Shown: in pieces, positions 10,974-21,020 of the stretch
Layout of the letters: each line of letters opens with the position of its first letter
Position numbering within the stretch: the first letter of the stretch is position 1
Assembly: GCA_038229825.1 (NCBI GenBank)
Contig: JBBROB010000013.1
Location: 84,065-148,064, forward strand
Origin: Mycobacteriales bacterium
GTDB lineage: Bacteria > Actinomycetota > Actinomycetes > Mycobacteriales > Nakamurellaceae
Length of the DNA: 64,000 nt
Reading direction: 5' to 3'
Notes under the pieces: generated by a model
Seen by the model: the letters and a program-made list of their open reading frames with translations, nothing else
Told to the model about the DNA's origin: nothing
Databases searched by the model: none
Position numbers and translations under genes: made by a program

Positions 10974-11797
10974 GCGCGCCCGGTCTGCGGCTCGATGTCA
11001 TCACCATCTTCCCGGAGTACCTCAGGCCGCTGCAGCAGTCATTGCTCGGCCGGGCGATCACCGATGGGCTGATCGGGGTGGACGTCCACGACCTGCGGGA
11101 GTTCGCGCCCGACCGGCACCGCACCGTGGACGACACTCCGTACGGCGGTGGCGCCGGCATGGTGATGAAGCCCGATGTGTGGGGCAGGGCGCTGGATTGC
11201 ATCGTCGGGGATTCGATCGGCGACGCGGGTGCGACGTTGATCGTTCCGACACCCGCCGGGCGTCCTTTCACCCAGGCGGTTGCCGCCGATCTGGCGGGTC
11301 GCAGTCGGCTGATCTTCGCCTGCGGCCGATACGAGGGCATCGACCAACGTGTCGTCGACCACGCGGCCGGTTCCATGGAGGTGCTCGAGCTTTCGATCGG
11401 CGACTACGTGCTGGCCGGCGGTGAGGCTGCCGTGCTGGTGATGGTGGAGGCCATCGCACGGCTCGTCCCCGGTGTCCTCGGCAACCCGGTCTCCGCGGCG
11501 ACCGACTCGTTCGGCGATTCGTCGGTCGGCCTGCTCGAGTATCCCAACTACACCAGGCCCGTTGTCTACCAGGGTCTTTCGGTGCCGCCGGTGTTGTTGT
11601 CCGGGCACCACGGCGCCATCGAGCGGTGGCGTCGCGACGAGTCGCTCCGGCGGACGGCGGAACGCAGACCCGATCTGATCGCGGCCCTGGATCCCGCCGA
11701 TCTGGACACCGGCGACCTGGCCGTGCTGGAGCAGCAGGGCGTTCGCTTCGCTGCGGGAAGGACGATTTCGCCTGGTCCGGCTGATCTGGCAGACTAG
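10970..11797 (+). CDS. trmD: tRNA (guanine37-N1)-methyltransferase TrmD
   Basis: 'LRLDVITIFPEYL', 'DDTPYGGGAGMVM' and 'CGRYEGIDQRV'. GTGA overlap with rimM. Confidence 0.9.
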   Translation: MSAPGLRLDVITIFPEYLRPLQQSLLGRAITDGLIGVDVHDLREFAPDRHRTVDDTPYGGGAGMVMKPDVWGRALDCIVGDSIGDAGATLIVPTPAGRPFTQAVAADLAGRSRLIFACGRYEGIDQRVVDHAAGSMEVLELSIGDYVLAGGEAAVLVMVEAIARLVPGVLGNPVSAATDSFGDSSVGLLEYPNYTRPVVYQGLSVPPVLLSGHHGAIERWRRDESLRRTAERRPDLIAALDPADLDTGDLAVLEQQGVRFAAGRTISPGPADLAD

Positions 11798-11921
11798 AGG
11801 GGTTGTGAGGAATACCGGGCGCATCCCGGCATCCTGCCGGTCGGCCCGCCGTGGGTCTGCCGTGACCGCCCACGAGACTCGTCGATGTATGTAGTGAAAA
11901 CATCCCAGTGAGGAACACCCC

Positions 11922-12269
11922 ATGAATACCCTGGACGCTCTGGACTCCGCCTCCTTGCGGACCGATCTTCCGGATTTCCGGCCGGGCGACACCGTCAAGG
12001 TGCACGTCAAGGTCATCGAGGGCGCCCGCTCTCGTATCCAGATCTTCGCCGGCCACGTGATCCGCCGCCAGGGCGGCGGCATCCGCGAGACCTTCACGGT
12101 CCGCAAGGTCAGCTTCGGGGTCGGTGTCGAGCGCACCTTCCCTGTGCATTCCCCGAACCTGGACCGGATCGAACTCGTCACCAGGGGCGATGTCCGGCGG
12201 GCCAAGCTGTACTACCTGCGAGATCTGCGCGGCAAGGCCGCCAAGATCAAGGAGAAGCGCGACCGCTGA
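11922..12269 (+). CDS. rplS: 50S ribosomal protein L19
   Basis: 115 aa with '[44 protein letters not shown]'. Confidence 0.95.
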   Translation: MNTLDALDSASLRTDLPDFRPGDTVKVHVKVIEGARSRIQIFAGHVIRRQGGGIRETFTVRKVSFGVGVERTFPVHSPNLDRIELVTRGDVRRAKLYYLRDLRGKAAKIKEKRDR

Positions 12270-12294
12270 TCCCCGTCGCCCGCCTCACGTCCCG

Positions 12295-12331
12295 ACAGGC
12301 CGTCGTCATCCCACCGGATGCGGCGGCCTGT
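12295..12331 (+). terminator. Possible stem-loop downstream of rplS (8-bp stem ACAGGCCG/CGGCCTGT, about 21-nt loop, no U-tract)
   Basis: The inverted repeat is visible directly: 12295-12302 pairs with 12324-12331. The large loop and missing T-tract make terminator function uncertain. Confidence 0.2.
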
Positions 12332-12413
12332 TGCGCGGCACGGACCCCGCAACGACGGGCTCGTGCATCCGCGTGACATACCAACGCTTTATTCCGGAAG
12401 CCGTAGCCTGAGG

Positions 12414-13547
12414 ATGATGAGTGAGCATGATGCCGGGGCGGGTAAGCAGGGCGAGGCGGTCGGCGAACCCGACGCCACCAGCGTCCCTGACAGAGCCAAC
12501 GGCATTACACCGGTTCAGGGGCCCTGGCAGGACTGGGTGGTGACCTCGGACGCGAGGGCGCAGGAACCCCGTGGAGCGGGACAGGAGTCGGTGGACGATG
12601 AGCAACATGCGGCGGCCGTGCTGCGCCTGCGCAAGCAGTCGGTCAGGCGGAACAACAGAGCAAAACGGCCGTTCTGGGTGGAACTGCCGATTCTGATCGT
12701 GATCGCGTTCGCATTGACCTTTCTCATCCAGACCTTCGTCGCGAAGGTGTACTACGTCCCCTCCGGTTCGATGGAGCAGACGCTGCACGGTGTGTCCTCC
12801 GGCGGTGACCGCATTCTTGCCAGCAAGATCGTCTACGACTTCCGCGATCCCAAGCAGGGGGACGTCGTCGTGTTCAAGGGTCCGGACAGCTGGGCGCCGG
12901 AGGCCGACATTCCGGGTCCGAGCAGCTGGGCCGGCAAAGCGGTTGCGGCATTGGGCTCGGTGGTGGGCATCGCGCCGCCGAACGAAAAGGATTTCGTCAA
13001 GCGGGTGATCGCTGTCGGAGGGCAGACCGTCGCCTGTTGCGACGCCACCGGCAACGTCACCGTCGACGGCAAGTCCCTCCACGAGCCCTACATCTATCAA
13101 CCGCTGAGCTTCACCGCGGGGGTGTCCGACTGCACGACCGGCAACGACCCCACCAATTACTCCTCCCGCCGCTGCTTCGCACCGTTCAAAGTGCCCGACG
13201 GGCAGTTGTGGGTGATGGGTGACCACCGGAACGACTCGTCCGACTCGTCGTACTACTGCCTTGGATTCAAGCCCGGCGCTGCCCCGCCCAGTTGCGGCCG
13301 GCCAATTCCGGCCGACGACGTGATCGGCAAGGCGATCTTCATCGTGATGCCTCCGTCTCGCTGGCGCACCATCGGCAACCCCGACATCGACCCTGCGGCG
13401 ACGGCACTGGGGTCGGGCCCGACAGCGGCGCTACCGGCGGCCGGTGGTCTGCTGCTGACGATCGGGCTGCGCGGTTCGCTGGCCATGATGCCGGGCCGCC
13501 GCCGGCATCGTCGAGAGCGCCGGGCGGCCGGCAAGTCACCGCGATGA
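12414..13547 (+). CDS. lepB: Signal peptidase I (LepB)
   Basis: Catalytic boxes 'PSGSMEQTL', '[11 protein letters not shown]' and '[10 protein letters not shown]'. One TM segment '[19 protein letters not shown]'. The start is uncertain: ATG 12414/12417 was chosen, and the ORF is open from 12318. Confidence 0.85.
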   Translation: MMSEHDAGAGKQGEAVGEPDATSVPDRANGITPVQGPWQDWVVTSDARAQEPRGAGQESVDDEQHAAAVLRLRKQSVRRNNRAKRPFWVELPILIVIAFALTFLIQTFVAKVYYVPSGSMEQTLHGVSSGGDRILASKIVYDFRDPKQGDVVVFKGPDSWAPEADIPGPSSWAGKAVAALGSVVGIAPPNEKDFVKRVIAVGGQTVACCDATGNVTVDGKSLHEPYIYQPLSFTAGVSDCTTGNDPTNYSSRRCFAPFKVPDGQLWVMGDHRNDSSDSSYYCLGFKPGAAPPSCGRPIPADDVIGKAIFIVMPPSRWRTIGNPDIDPAATALGSGPTAALPAAGGLLLTIGLRGSLAMMPGRRRHRRERRAAGKSPR

Positions 13548-14281
13548 CCGGCTCCAGGCCGCACCTGCGGCTGGAGAAGGAGCTGTTGCGTGGCGGCATA
13601 CGGCGGCTCGCCGCGATGGACGAGGTGGGCCGGGGTGCGCTCGCCGGACCGGTTTCGGTCGGCGTCGTCGTGGTCACCACCCGGATCGGACGGGTTCCGG
13701 CGGGCCTGCGGGATTCCAAGCTGCTGACCCCGTCGGCGAGGGAAACCCTGCTGCCGGTCATCCGACGCTGGGCCGGCGAGTTCGCCGTCGGCCACGCCAC
13801 GCCGGCCGAGATCGACACCGTCGGCATCATCGGTGCGCTGCGCCTGGCCGGGCGGCGGGCACTCGCCCAGCTGACCGCCCCGGTCGACGCGATCCTGCTC
13901 GACGGCAACCACGACTATCTGTCGGATCCGGAGCCGACCCTGTTCGACGGGGATCTGCTGCCGCCCACCGAGACGGAGCTTCCGACCCCACTCCTTGGTG
14001 TGAGCGGACCCGTCCACACCCGGATCAAAGCCGACCTGACCTGCGCCGGAGTGGCCGGGGCAAGTGTGCTGGCGAAGACAGAGCGGGACGCTCTGCTGCG
14101 CCGGCTCGCGCTGGACTATCCGCAGTATTTGTTTGCCGAGAACAAGGGCTACGGTACGGCCGAGCATGTCGCGGCGCTGCGTCAGCACGGTCCGAGTGAG
14201 GTGCATCGACGGAGTTGGCGGCTGCCGCTGATGAGGGATGATGACATCGACGAACTGACAGTGGGAGGGACAAGTACGTGA
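13544..14281 (+). CDS. rnhB: Ribonuclease HII
   Basis: ATG 13544 overlaps the lepB stop (ATGA). '[22 protein letters not shown]' (DEVGRG active site), 'DSKLLT' and '[10 protein letters not shown]'. Confidence 0.85.
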   Translation: MTGSRPHLRLEKELLRGGIRRLAAMDEVGRGALAGPVSVGVVVVTTRIGRVPAGLRDSKLLTPSARETLLPVIRRWAGEFAVGHATPAEIDTVGIIGALRLAGRRALAQLTAPVDAILLDGNHDYLSDPEPTLFDGDLLPPTETELPTPLLGVSGPVHTRIKADLTCAGVAGASVLAKTERDALLRRLALDYPQYLFAENKGYGTAEHVAALRQHGPSEVHRRSWRLPLMRDDDIDELTVGGTST

Positions 14282-14598
14282 GTGCAGAGGATCTGGAGCA
14301 GTACGAAACCGAGATGGAGCTTCAGCTCTACCGGGAGTACCGCGACATCGTCAGCCAGTTCGCCTACGTGGTGGAGACCGAGCGCCGGTTCTATCTCTGC
14401 AACGCCGTCGATGTGCAGGTGCGCAATTCCGACGGCGACATGTACTTCGAGGTCCGGATGTCCGACGCCTGGGTCTGGGACATGTACCGCCCGGCCCGGT
14501 TCGTCAAGAACGTTCGGGTTGTGACGTTCAAGGACGTCAACGTCGAGGAGCTCGACAAGCCCGATCTACGTCTCCCGGAGGCCGAGACGTTCGGCTGA
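14278..14598 (+). CDS. DUF2469-family protein (conserved actinobacterial)
   Basis: 106 aa, '[41 protein letters not shown]'. GTGA overlap with rnhB. Conserved rnhB-DUF2469-yraN neighbourhood. Confidence 0.85.
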   Translation: MSAEDLEQYETEMELQLYREYRDIVSQFAYVVETERRFYLCNAVDVQVRNSDGDMYFEVRMSDAWVWDMYRPARFVKNVRVVTFKDVNVEELDKPDLRLPEAETFG

Positions 14599-14718
14599 GT
14601 TGTCCCCATACCCGTGAGCTGTCCACATTTGCCCGGTCGTGCTTTGCTGCCGACCGGTCAGGCCGCAGGCTGATCCGCAGGCGGCCGGCAGATTGGCGGC
14701 GGGGACGGGGGCGCAGCG

Positions 14719-15084
14719 ATGGCATCACTGGCCGGCAACGCACTGGGCAGGCGGGGAGAGGCCCTGGCCGCAGCCCATCTGGAGAGCCTCGGGTTGGTGA
14801 TCCTGACTCGCAACTGGCGCTGTCGGGAGGGCGAACTGGACATCGTGGCGACCGATGGTCTTTCTCATCTGGTGGTGTGCGAGGTGAAGACGCGCAGCGG
14901 GGACGGCTTCGGGTCGCCGGCCGAGGCGGTGACCCAGGGTAAGCGCCGGAAACTCCGCCGGCTGGCGTTGCTGTTCCAGGCAGAATGGGGAGTGCGTTGG
15001 GCGATTGTCCGGTTCGACGTGGTGGGGGTGATGGCCAGACCCGGTCACCAGGTGGAGCTGACCCACATCGTGGCGGCCTTCTGA
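14719..15084 (+). CDS. yraN: YraN-family (UPF0102) endonuclease-like protein
   Basis: 121 aa with 'GEALAAAHLESLGLVILTRNWRCREGELDIVA' and 'VVCEVKTR'. Confidence 0.8.
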   Translation: MASLAGNALGRRGEALAAAHLESLGLVILTRNWRCREGELDIVATDGLSHLVVCEVKTRSGDGFGSPAEAVTQGKRRKLRRLALLFQAEWGVRWAIVRFDVVGVMARPGHQVELTHIVAAF

Positions 15085-15234
15085 TGCGGTGTGACTCTCG
15101 TCCCGCCAGTAGCTGGTTGTCTAGGCACTGCCGGTGATGTGGTGGACAGTGGAGGACAGTCGGCTGTGGACCCAGCTACCCGGGTCAGCGGCTGCTCTTT
15201 GTCAACGACGACGAAGTCACTGGAGGACCGAGCA

Positions 15235-17121
15235 ATGGGCAGGTACGACGACCTCTTCAAGGCGAGTACAGACGACCCGGAGTCGTTCTGGTTGAAGGCT
15301 GCCGGGGCGATCGACTGGTTCACGCCGCCGACGCGGGCGCTCGACTCCGAAAACCCGCCCTTCTACCGCTGGTTTCCCGACGGCGAGCTGAACGTGGCCT
15401 ACAACGCGCTCGACCGGCACGTCGACGCGGGCCGCGGTGATCAGGCCGCCCTGATCTATGACAGCCCGGTCACCGCCACGCAGCGCACCTACACCTACCG
15501 CCAGTTGCGGGACGAGGCCGCCGCGTTTGCGGGCGTGCTGGTCGGGCTCGGCGTCGGCAAGGGTGATCGCGTCGTCATCTACATGCCGATGATCCCGGAG
15601 GCGGCGATCGCCATGCTGGCCTGCGCCAGGATCGGCGCGGTCCACTCGGTGGTGTTCGGCGGCTTCGCCCCGAAAGAGCTGGCCATCCGGATCGACGACG
15701 CCACCCCTTCGGTGATCGTGTCGGCCTCCGGCGGTATCGAGGGCAAGCGCGTGATCGAGTACCTCCCACTGTTGACCAGGGCCATCGAATTGGCCACCCA
15801 CAAGCCGCGCCACCGGGTCATCCTGCAGCGACCGCAGACCACCACCAGCATGGCTCCGGACGACATCGACTGGGCGCAGGCCGTCGCGGCCGCAACGCCG
15901 GCCGACCCGGTGCCGGTCAAGGCCACCGATCCGCTGTACATCCTGTACACCTCCGGCACCACCGGGAAGCCCAAGGGCGTCGTCCGCGACAGCGGCGGAT
16001 ACGCCGTCGCTCTGCAGTGGTCCATGCCCAACGTCTACGACATCTCGGTGGGCGACACCATGTTCACCGCATCGGATGTCGGCTGGGTGGTCGGACACTC
16101 CTACATCGTGTACGCGCCGTTGCTGGCCGGCGCCACCACCGTGCTCTACGAGGGCAAACCGGTCGGCACACCGGACGCCGGCCAGTTCTGGCGGGTGGTG
16201 GCCGATCACCGGGTCAAGGTGATGTTCACGGCCCCGACCGCCTTCCGTGCCATCAAGAAGGAGGACCCCAACGGCGAACTGCTCGGCGGCTATGACCTCA
16301 GCTCGCTCAAATACCTATTCCTGGCCGGCGAACGGCTGGACCCGGAGACCTACCACTGGGCGACCAAGCTGCTCGGCATCCCGGTGATCGATCACTGGTG
16401 GCAGACCGAATCGGGCTGGCCGATCGTGGCCAACCCGACCGGTATCGAGCTGCTGGACCTGAAAGCCGGATCCCCCACCAAGCCGCTACCCGGCTGGGAC
16501 GTCCAGGTGGTCGAGATCGACGGCTCCCCGGCCCCGGCAGGCGAGGACGGCTCCATCGTCATCAAGCTGCCGATGCCGCCGGGATCGCTGACCACACTGT
16601 GGCAGGACGACCAGCGGTTCGTCGATTCGTACATGTCGGCCTTCCAGGGCTACTACCTGACCGGCGACGGCGGTCGCATCGACAAGGACGGGTACGTCTT
16701 CGTGATGGGCCGCACCGACGACGTCATCAACGTGGCCGGGCACCGGCTGTCCACCGGATCGATGGAAGAGGTGCTGGCCGGGCACCCTGACGTCGCCGAG
16801 TGCGCGGTGATCGGGGTTGCCGACCAGCTCAAGGGTCAACTCCCGCGCGGCTTCGTGGTGCTCAAGTCCGGGGTCGCCACCGACTTCGCCTCGGAGCAGA
16901 GGGTGTGTGCGGAGCTGGTGCAGATGGTTCGTGACCAGATCGGGGCGGTGGCTTCGCTCCGGGACGTGCACGTCGTCGCCGCCCTGCCCAAGACACGCTC
17001 GGGCAAGATCCTGCGGAAGACGATGCGCACCATGGCCGACGGCGAAGAGGTATCGATCCCGTCCACCATCGACGACCCGGCGGTTCTCGAGGCACTCCGC
17101 CCGGTATTGCGACCCAGCTGA
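15235..17121 (+). CDS. AMP-forming acyl-CoA synthetase (propionate/acetate--CoA ligase type)
   Basis: GGAGGA lies upstream of ATG 15235. 'YTSGTTGKPKGV' AMP-binding motif, 'YLTGDGG', 'GRTDDVINVAGHRLST' and 'LPKTRSGKILR'. N-terminus 'YDDLFKASTDDPESFW' is PrpE/Acs-like. Confidence 0.85.
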   Translation: MGRYDDLFKASTDDPESFWLKAAGAIDWFTPPTRALDSENPPFYRWFPDGELNVAYNALDRHVDAGRGDQAALIYDSPVTATQRTYTYRQLRDEAAAFAGVLVGLGVGKGDRVVIYMPMIPEAAIAMLACARIGAVHSVVFGGFAPKELAIRIDDATPSVIVSASGGIEGKRVIEYLPLLTRAIELATHKPRHRVILQRPQTTTSMAPDDIDWAQAVAAATPADPVPVKATDPLYILYTSGTTGKPKGVVRDSGGYAVALQWSMPNVYDISVGDTMFTASDVGWVVGHSYIVYAPLLAGATTVLYEGKPVGTPDAGQFWRVVADHRVKVMFTAPTAFRAIKKEDPNGELLGGYDLSSLKYLFLAGERLDPETYHWATKLLGIPVIDHWWQTESGWPIVANPTGIELLDLKAGSPTKPLPGWDVQVVEIDGSPAPAGEDGSIVIKLPMPPGSLTTLWQDDQRFVDSYMSAFQGYYLTGDGGRIDKDGYVFVMGRTDDVINVAGHRLSTGSMEEVLAGHPDVAECAVIGVADQLKGQLPRGFVVLKSGVATDFASEQRVCAELVQMVRDQIGAVASLRDVHVVAALPKTRSGKILRKTMRTMADGEEVSIPSTIDDPAVLEALRPVLRPS

Positions 17122-17125
17122 GGGC

Positions 17126-19363
17126 ATGCTGCAGGTCACCACTGTCAGTCGGTACCGCTATCTTCACTCTGTGAGCCACTTGGACCCCGCACTGCTCGAA
17201 CTGGCCCAGACGTTCGGCATCGCCACCGAGTTCTGGGACTGGCAGGGACAGCACACGCTGGTACAGCCGGGCACCATCACCGCGGTGCTGGACGCGTTCG
17301 GCGTCGACGCGGCCACGTCTGCCTCGGCGCAGCAGGCCGTGCAAGAGCGGCAGCTGCAGGCCTGGCGTCGGATGCTGCCGACCTGTGTGGTCGCCCGCCA
17401 TGGCACGTCGGTGACGTTCGACGTGCACGTGACGCACGGCGAGCAGGTCGTGGTGTGGATCGACCTGGAAGGCGGAGGTGTCCGTTCCGGGCTGCACCAG
17501 GTGGACAACTGGAACGCCCCCCGAGAGGTGGATGGTCGCCCGACCGGGGAGGCGACGTTCGAAGTCCCGGAGGATCTGCCGCTGGGGTATCACACGCTCA
17601 AAGCACTCTCGGCCGGTGCCCAGGCGAGCGCACTGTTGATCGTCACCCCGCGCTTTCTGGGTCTGCCGGCTCGGACCAACGGCCGCCGGGCCTGGGGGGT
17701 GGCGACCCAGCTGTACAGCGTCCGATCTCAGCAGTCCTGGGGGACAGGCGATCTCGCGGATCTGACGGACCTGGCGGTCTGGGCCGGGGCCGAGCACGGG
17801 GCGGGCTTCGTCCTCGTCAACCCGATGCATGCGGCCGAGCCGACCGTACCGATGGAACCGTCACCGTACCTGCCGACCAGTCGGCGGTTCGCGAACCCGA
17901 TCTACCTTCGACCAGAGCGGATTGTCGAGTACGCGGAACTGGATACCGTTTCACAGCAGCAATTCTCCACCATCCGCGGGCAGCTGCACGAAGCTCTGGA
18001 CGGCCTGGACCGACTGGACCGGAACACTGCCTGGGTGGCCAAACGGGAAGCGCTGCATCTGATCTACCGCGTTCCGCGGTCCGTAGGACGGGACCTGGCC
18101 TACCGGGCCTACCAACGCCGGGAGGGCGGCGGGCTGGAGGGCTACGCCACCTGGTGTGCGATCGCCGAAGAACACGGCAACGATTGGCATGTCTGGCCCG
18201 ATGACCTCCGACATCCGGAATCACCGGCGGTGCAATCGTTCCGGGATTCGCATCAGCAGCAGGTCGACTTTCATCGTTGGCTGCAGTGGGCGATGGACGA
18301 GCAGTTGGGTGCCGCACAGTTCGCCGCAGTGCGCGCCGGATGCACTCTGGGGATCCTGCACGACCTGGCGGTCGGCGTGCACCCGTCGGGTGCGGACTCC
18401 TGGGGTCTGCAGGACGTCTTCGCGCGGCGGGTGACGGTGGGGGCGCCACCGGACGCCTACAACCAGAACGGTCAGGATTGGACCCAGCCGCCGTGGCGGC
18501 CGGACCGGCTGGCCGAGTTGGCCTACGCCCCGTTCCGGGAGTTGTTGGTCACGGCGTTCCGGTCGGCCGGCGGGCTGCGGGTCGATCACATCATCGGGTT
18601 GTTCCGGTTGTGGTGGATCCCGGAGGGAAACCTGCCGACCGAGGGCACCTATGTCCGCTACGACCACGACGCCCTGATCGGCATTCTCGCGCTGGAGGCG
18701 CACCGGGCCGGCGCCCTGGTGGTCGGCGAGGACCTGGGCACCGTGGAGCCATGGGTCCGGGATTACCTGCGGGACAGAGGGATCTTCGGCACGTCGATTC
18801 TGTGGTTCGAGTTCGAGTTCGACGCCGGAGGTGCACCGCTGCGGCCGGAGTGGTGGCGGGAGTACTGCCTGGCGTCGGTGACGACCCACGACCTGCCGCC
18901 CACCAGCGGATATCTGGCGGGTGACCACGTCCGTCTGCGGCACTCGCTGGGTCTGCTCACCCGCTCGCTCGACGAGGAACTGGCCGCTGCCGAATCCGAG
19001 CGCAGCGCCTGGGTGGAGGAACTGCGGGCGCGCGGTGCACTGCGGGCGGACATTGCGCAATCGGCGCAGGACTCGCTCGATCCGACCGCCTCGAACCCGG
19101 TCGATGCGGAGGTCGAGGAGACCGTCCTGGCGTTGCATCGGTACCTGACCTGGACGCCGGCCAAGCTGCTGGCGGTGGCGCTGGGCGACATGGTCGGTGA
19201 CCGCCGGACCCAGAACCAGCCCGGCACGGTCGACGAATACCCGAACTGGCGGGTGCCGCTGGCCGGACCGGACGGCAGCGGAATGTTGTTGGAGGAGGTG
19301 ATGGCCAACCGCCGCGCCGCGCGGTTGGCCGAGATGCTGCGACAGGAGTTTGCCGGCGAATAA
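17126..19363 (+). CDS. malQ: 4-alpha-glucanotransferase (amylomaltase, long actinobacterial form)
   Basis: GH77 motifs 'GLRVDHIIGLFRLWWIP', 'VVGEDLGTV' and 'TTHDLPP'. The 16817 ORF start overlaps the preceding CDS; ATG 17126 sits just after its stop. Confidence 0.85.
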   Translation: MLQVTTVSRYRYLHSVSHLDPALLELAQTFGIATEFWDWQGQHTLVQPGTITAVLDAFGVDAATSASAQQAVQERQLQAWRRMLPTCVVARHGTSVTFDVHVTHGEQVVVWIDLEGGGVRSGLHQVDNWNAPREVDGRPTGEATFEVPEDLPLGYHTLKALSAGAQASALLIVTPRFLGLPARTNGRRAWGVATQLYSVRSQQSWGTGDLADLTDLAVWAGAEHGAGFVLVNPMHAAEPTVPMEPSPYLPTSRRFANPIYLRPERIVEYAELDTVSQQQFSTIRGQLHEALDGLDRLDRNTAWVAKREALHLIYRVPRSVGRDLAYRAYQRREGGGLEGYATWCAIAEEHGNDWHVWPDDLRHPESPAVQSFRDSHQQQVDFHRWLQWAMDEQLGAAQFAAVRAGCTLGILHDLAVGVHPSGADSWGLQDVFARRVTVGAPPDAYNQNGQDWTQPPWRPDRLAELAYAPFRELLVTAFRSAGGLRVDHIIGLFRLWWIPEGNLPTEGTYVRYDHDALIGILALEAHRAGALVVGEDLGTVEPWVRDYLRDRGIFGTSILWFEFEFDAGGAPLRPEWWREYCLASVTTHDLPPTSGYLAGDHVRLRHSLGLLTRSLDEELAAAESERSAWVEELRARGALRADIAQSAQDSLDPTASNPVDAEVEETVLALHRYLTWTPAKLLAVALGDMVGDRRTQNQPGTVDEYPNWRVPLAGPDGSGMLLEEVMANRRAARLAEMLRQEFAGE

Positions 19364-19449
19364 CCCACCGGATGTCGAGAACCGGGCCGTGGTTCCGCTC
19401 CATCAGGGAGGGCGGCACGATGGCCGTCACCGACACGAAGGAGCGAACG

Positions 19450-19863
19450 ATGCCCAAGTACCTGTTGCTCAAGCATTACAACGGCGGCCCCGAGCCGATA
19501 GCCGGCTGCGCGCCGATGAGCGAGTGGACAGCCGACGAGATCACTGCCCACATTGCCTTTCAGCGGGAGACCGGCCGGATGCTCACCGAACGCGGTGAGA
19601 TGATCGACGCCCAGGGGGTCAGTCCCGATGGCGCCTACGTCCGGTACGGCGGTCCCGATGCCGCGCCGGTCGTCACCGATGGCCCGTTCCCCGAGTCCAA
19701 GGAGCTGATCGCCGGGTGGTTCCTGGTGGACGTCGAGTCGGAGGCACGTGCCCATGAGATCGCCGCGTTCGTGTCGTCCGCCCCGGGCAAGGACGGCCTG
19801 CCGATCCACGAATGGATCGAGGTGCGCCTGGTGCTGAGCGACATGCCTGCCAACGCGGAGTGA
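19450..19863 (+). CDS. YCII-related DGPF-domain protein
   Basis: AAGGAG lies upstream of ATG 19450. 'MPKYLLLKHY' and 'VTDGPFPESKELIAGWFLVDVES'. Its stop overlaps the GTG of the following sigma gene. Confidence 0.75.
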   Translation: MPKYLLLKHYNGGPEPIAGCAPMSEWTADEITAHIAFQRETGRMLTERGEMIDAQGVSPDGAYVRYGGPDAAPVVTDGPFPESKELIAGWFLVDVESEARAHEIAAFVSSAPGKDGLPIHEWIEVRLVLSDMPANAE

Positions 19864-21005
19864 ACGAGGACGTCGTCCGCACGCTGGCGCCGCAGGTGCT
19901 CGGGGTCCTGCTGCGCCGCGGGAATGACTTCGCGGCGGCAGAGGACGCCGTGCAGGAGGCCCTGCTCGAGGCACATCAGCGGTGGCCCACTCTGATGCCG
20001 GGTGATCCGAAGGCCTGGCTCGTCACCGTCGCCGCCCGCAAGCTGATCGACTCGGCCCGGTCCGACACCGCCCGCCGGCGCCGTGAGGACGAAACGTTCC
20101 TCCAGCGGGCACCGGGCGCTGTGCGGCAGGCCGACGACACCCTGCTGCTGCTGTTTCTGTGTTGCCATCCCGCGCTGAGCCCGGCGTCGGCGATCGCGCT
20201 GACCCTGCGTGCGGTCGGTGGGTTGACCACGAAGCAGATCGCCGACGCGTTCCTGGTCCCCGAGGCCACGATGGCGCAACGGATCAGCCGGGCGAAACGG
20301 ACCCTGGAAGGACGGGACTTCGGCGCGCCGGCGGACATAGCGCTGGTGCTCCGGGTCCTGTACCTGATCTACAACGAGGGGTACGCGGGCCGGATCGACC
20401 TGGCGGCAGAGGCGATCCGGCTGGCCCGGCTGCTCGCTCGCGAATCGGACGAGCCCGAGGTTGCCGGTTTGCTCGCTCTGATGTTGCTGCATCACGCCCG
20501 CAGCGCGGCCCGTGCCGACGGCAACGGGGCGCTCGTCCCGCTCGATGAGCAGCAGCGCGACAGCTGGGACGTCACCCAGATCGCCGAGGGCGTCAGGATT
20601 CTCCAGGCTGCGCTCGCCCGGGACAAACGGGGTGAATACCAGATCCAGGCGGCCATTGCAGCACTGCACGACGATGCCCGCAGGGCAGCGGACACTGATT
20701 GGCCGCAGATTCTTTCCTGGTACGACGAACTTCTGGCGCTTGAGGACAATCCCGTGGTGGCCCTCAACCGAGCGGTGGCAGTCGGTCAGGTCGACGGTCC
20801 ACGCGCCGGACTGGCGACGCTGGCCGGGCTTGACGCACGGCTCCCCGGTCACCACCGACTGGATGCCGTCCGGGCCTATCTGCACGAGAAGGCCGGCGAC
20901 CTCGACATCGCTGCCCAGCACTACGAGCGGGCGGCGGCCCACTCGACCAGCACTGCCGAACGCGATCACCTCCGAAAGCAGGCCGCCCGGCTGCGATCTC
21001 GTTGA
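19860..21005 (+). CDS. ECF-type RNA polymerase sigma factor with a long C-terminal (TPR-like) extension; ECF42-like
   Basis: Sigma-2 region 'FAAAEDAVQEALLEAHQRW', and sigma-4 'CCHPALSPASAIALTLRAVGGLTTKQIADAFLVPEATMAQRISRAK'. About 200 extra C-terminal residues. GTG 19860 overlaps the DGPF gene stop. Confidence 0.8.
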   Translation: MNEDVVRTLAPQVLGVLLRRGNDFAAAEDAVQEALLEAHQRWPTLMPGDPKAWLVTVAARKLIDSARSDTARRRREDETFLQRAPGAVRQADDTLLLLFLCCHPALSPASAIALTLRAVGGLTTKQIADAFLVPEATMAQRISRAKRTLEGRDFGAPADIALVLRVLYLIYNEGYAGRIDLAAEAIRLARLLARESDEPEVAGLLALMLLHHARSAARADGNGALVPLDEQQRDSWDVTQIAEGVRILQAALARDKRGEYQIQAAIAALHDDARRAADTDWPQILSWYDELLALEDNPVVALNRAVAVGQVDGPRAGLATLAGLDARLPGHHRLDAVRAYLHEKAGDLDIAAQHYERAAAHSTSTAERDHLRKQAARLRSR

Positions 21006-21020
21006 CGTGCCGGCGCCAGT

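Noticed and set aside
16817-17125. Upstream extensions of track ORFs. This one is for malQ; the same applies to 59056-59211 (peptidase), 33561-33947 (DinB), 30343-30477 (MetE-like), 23267-23374 (SBP), 25233-25649 (permease), 13292-13543 (rnhB) and 6863-6979 (ffh).
   Set aside because: Each extension overlaps the preceding gene or is antisense to a real gene. In every case an internal start, with an RBS or a stop/start overlap, yields the canonical N-terminus.
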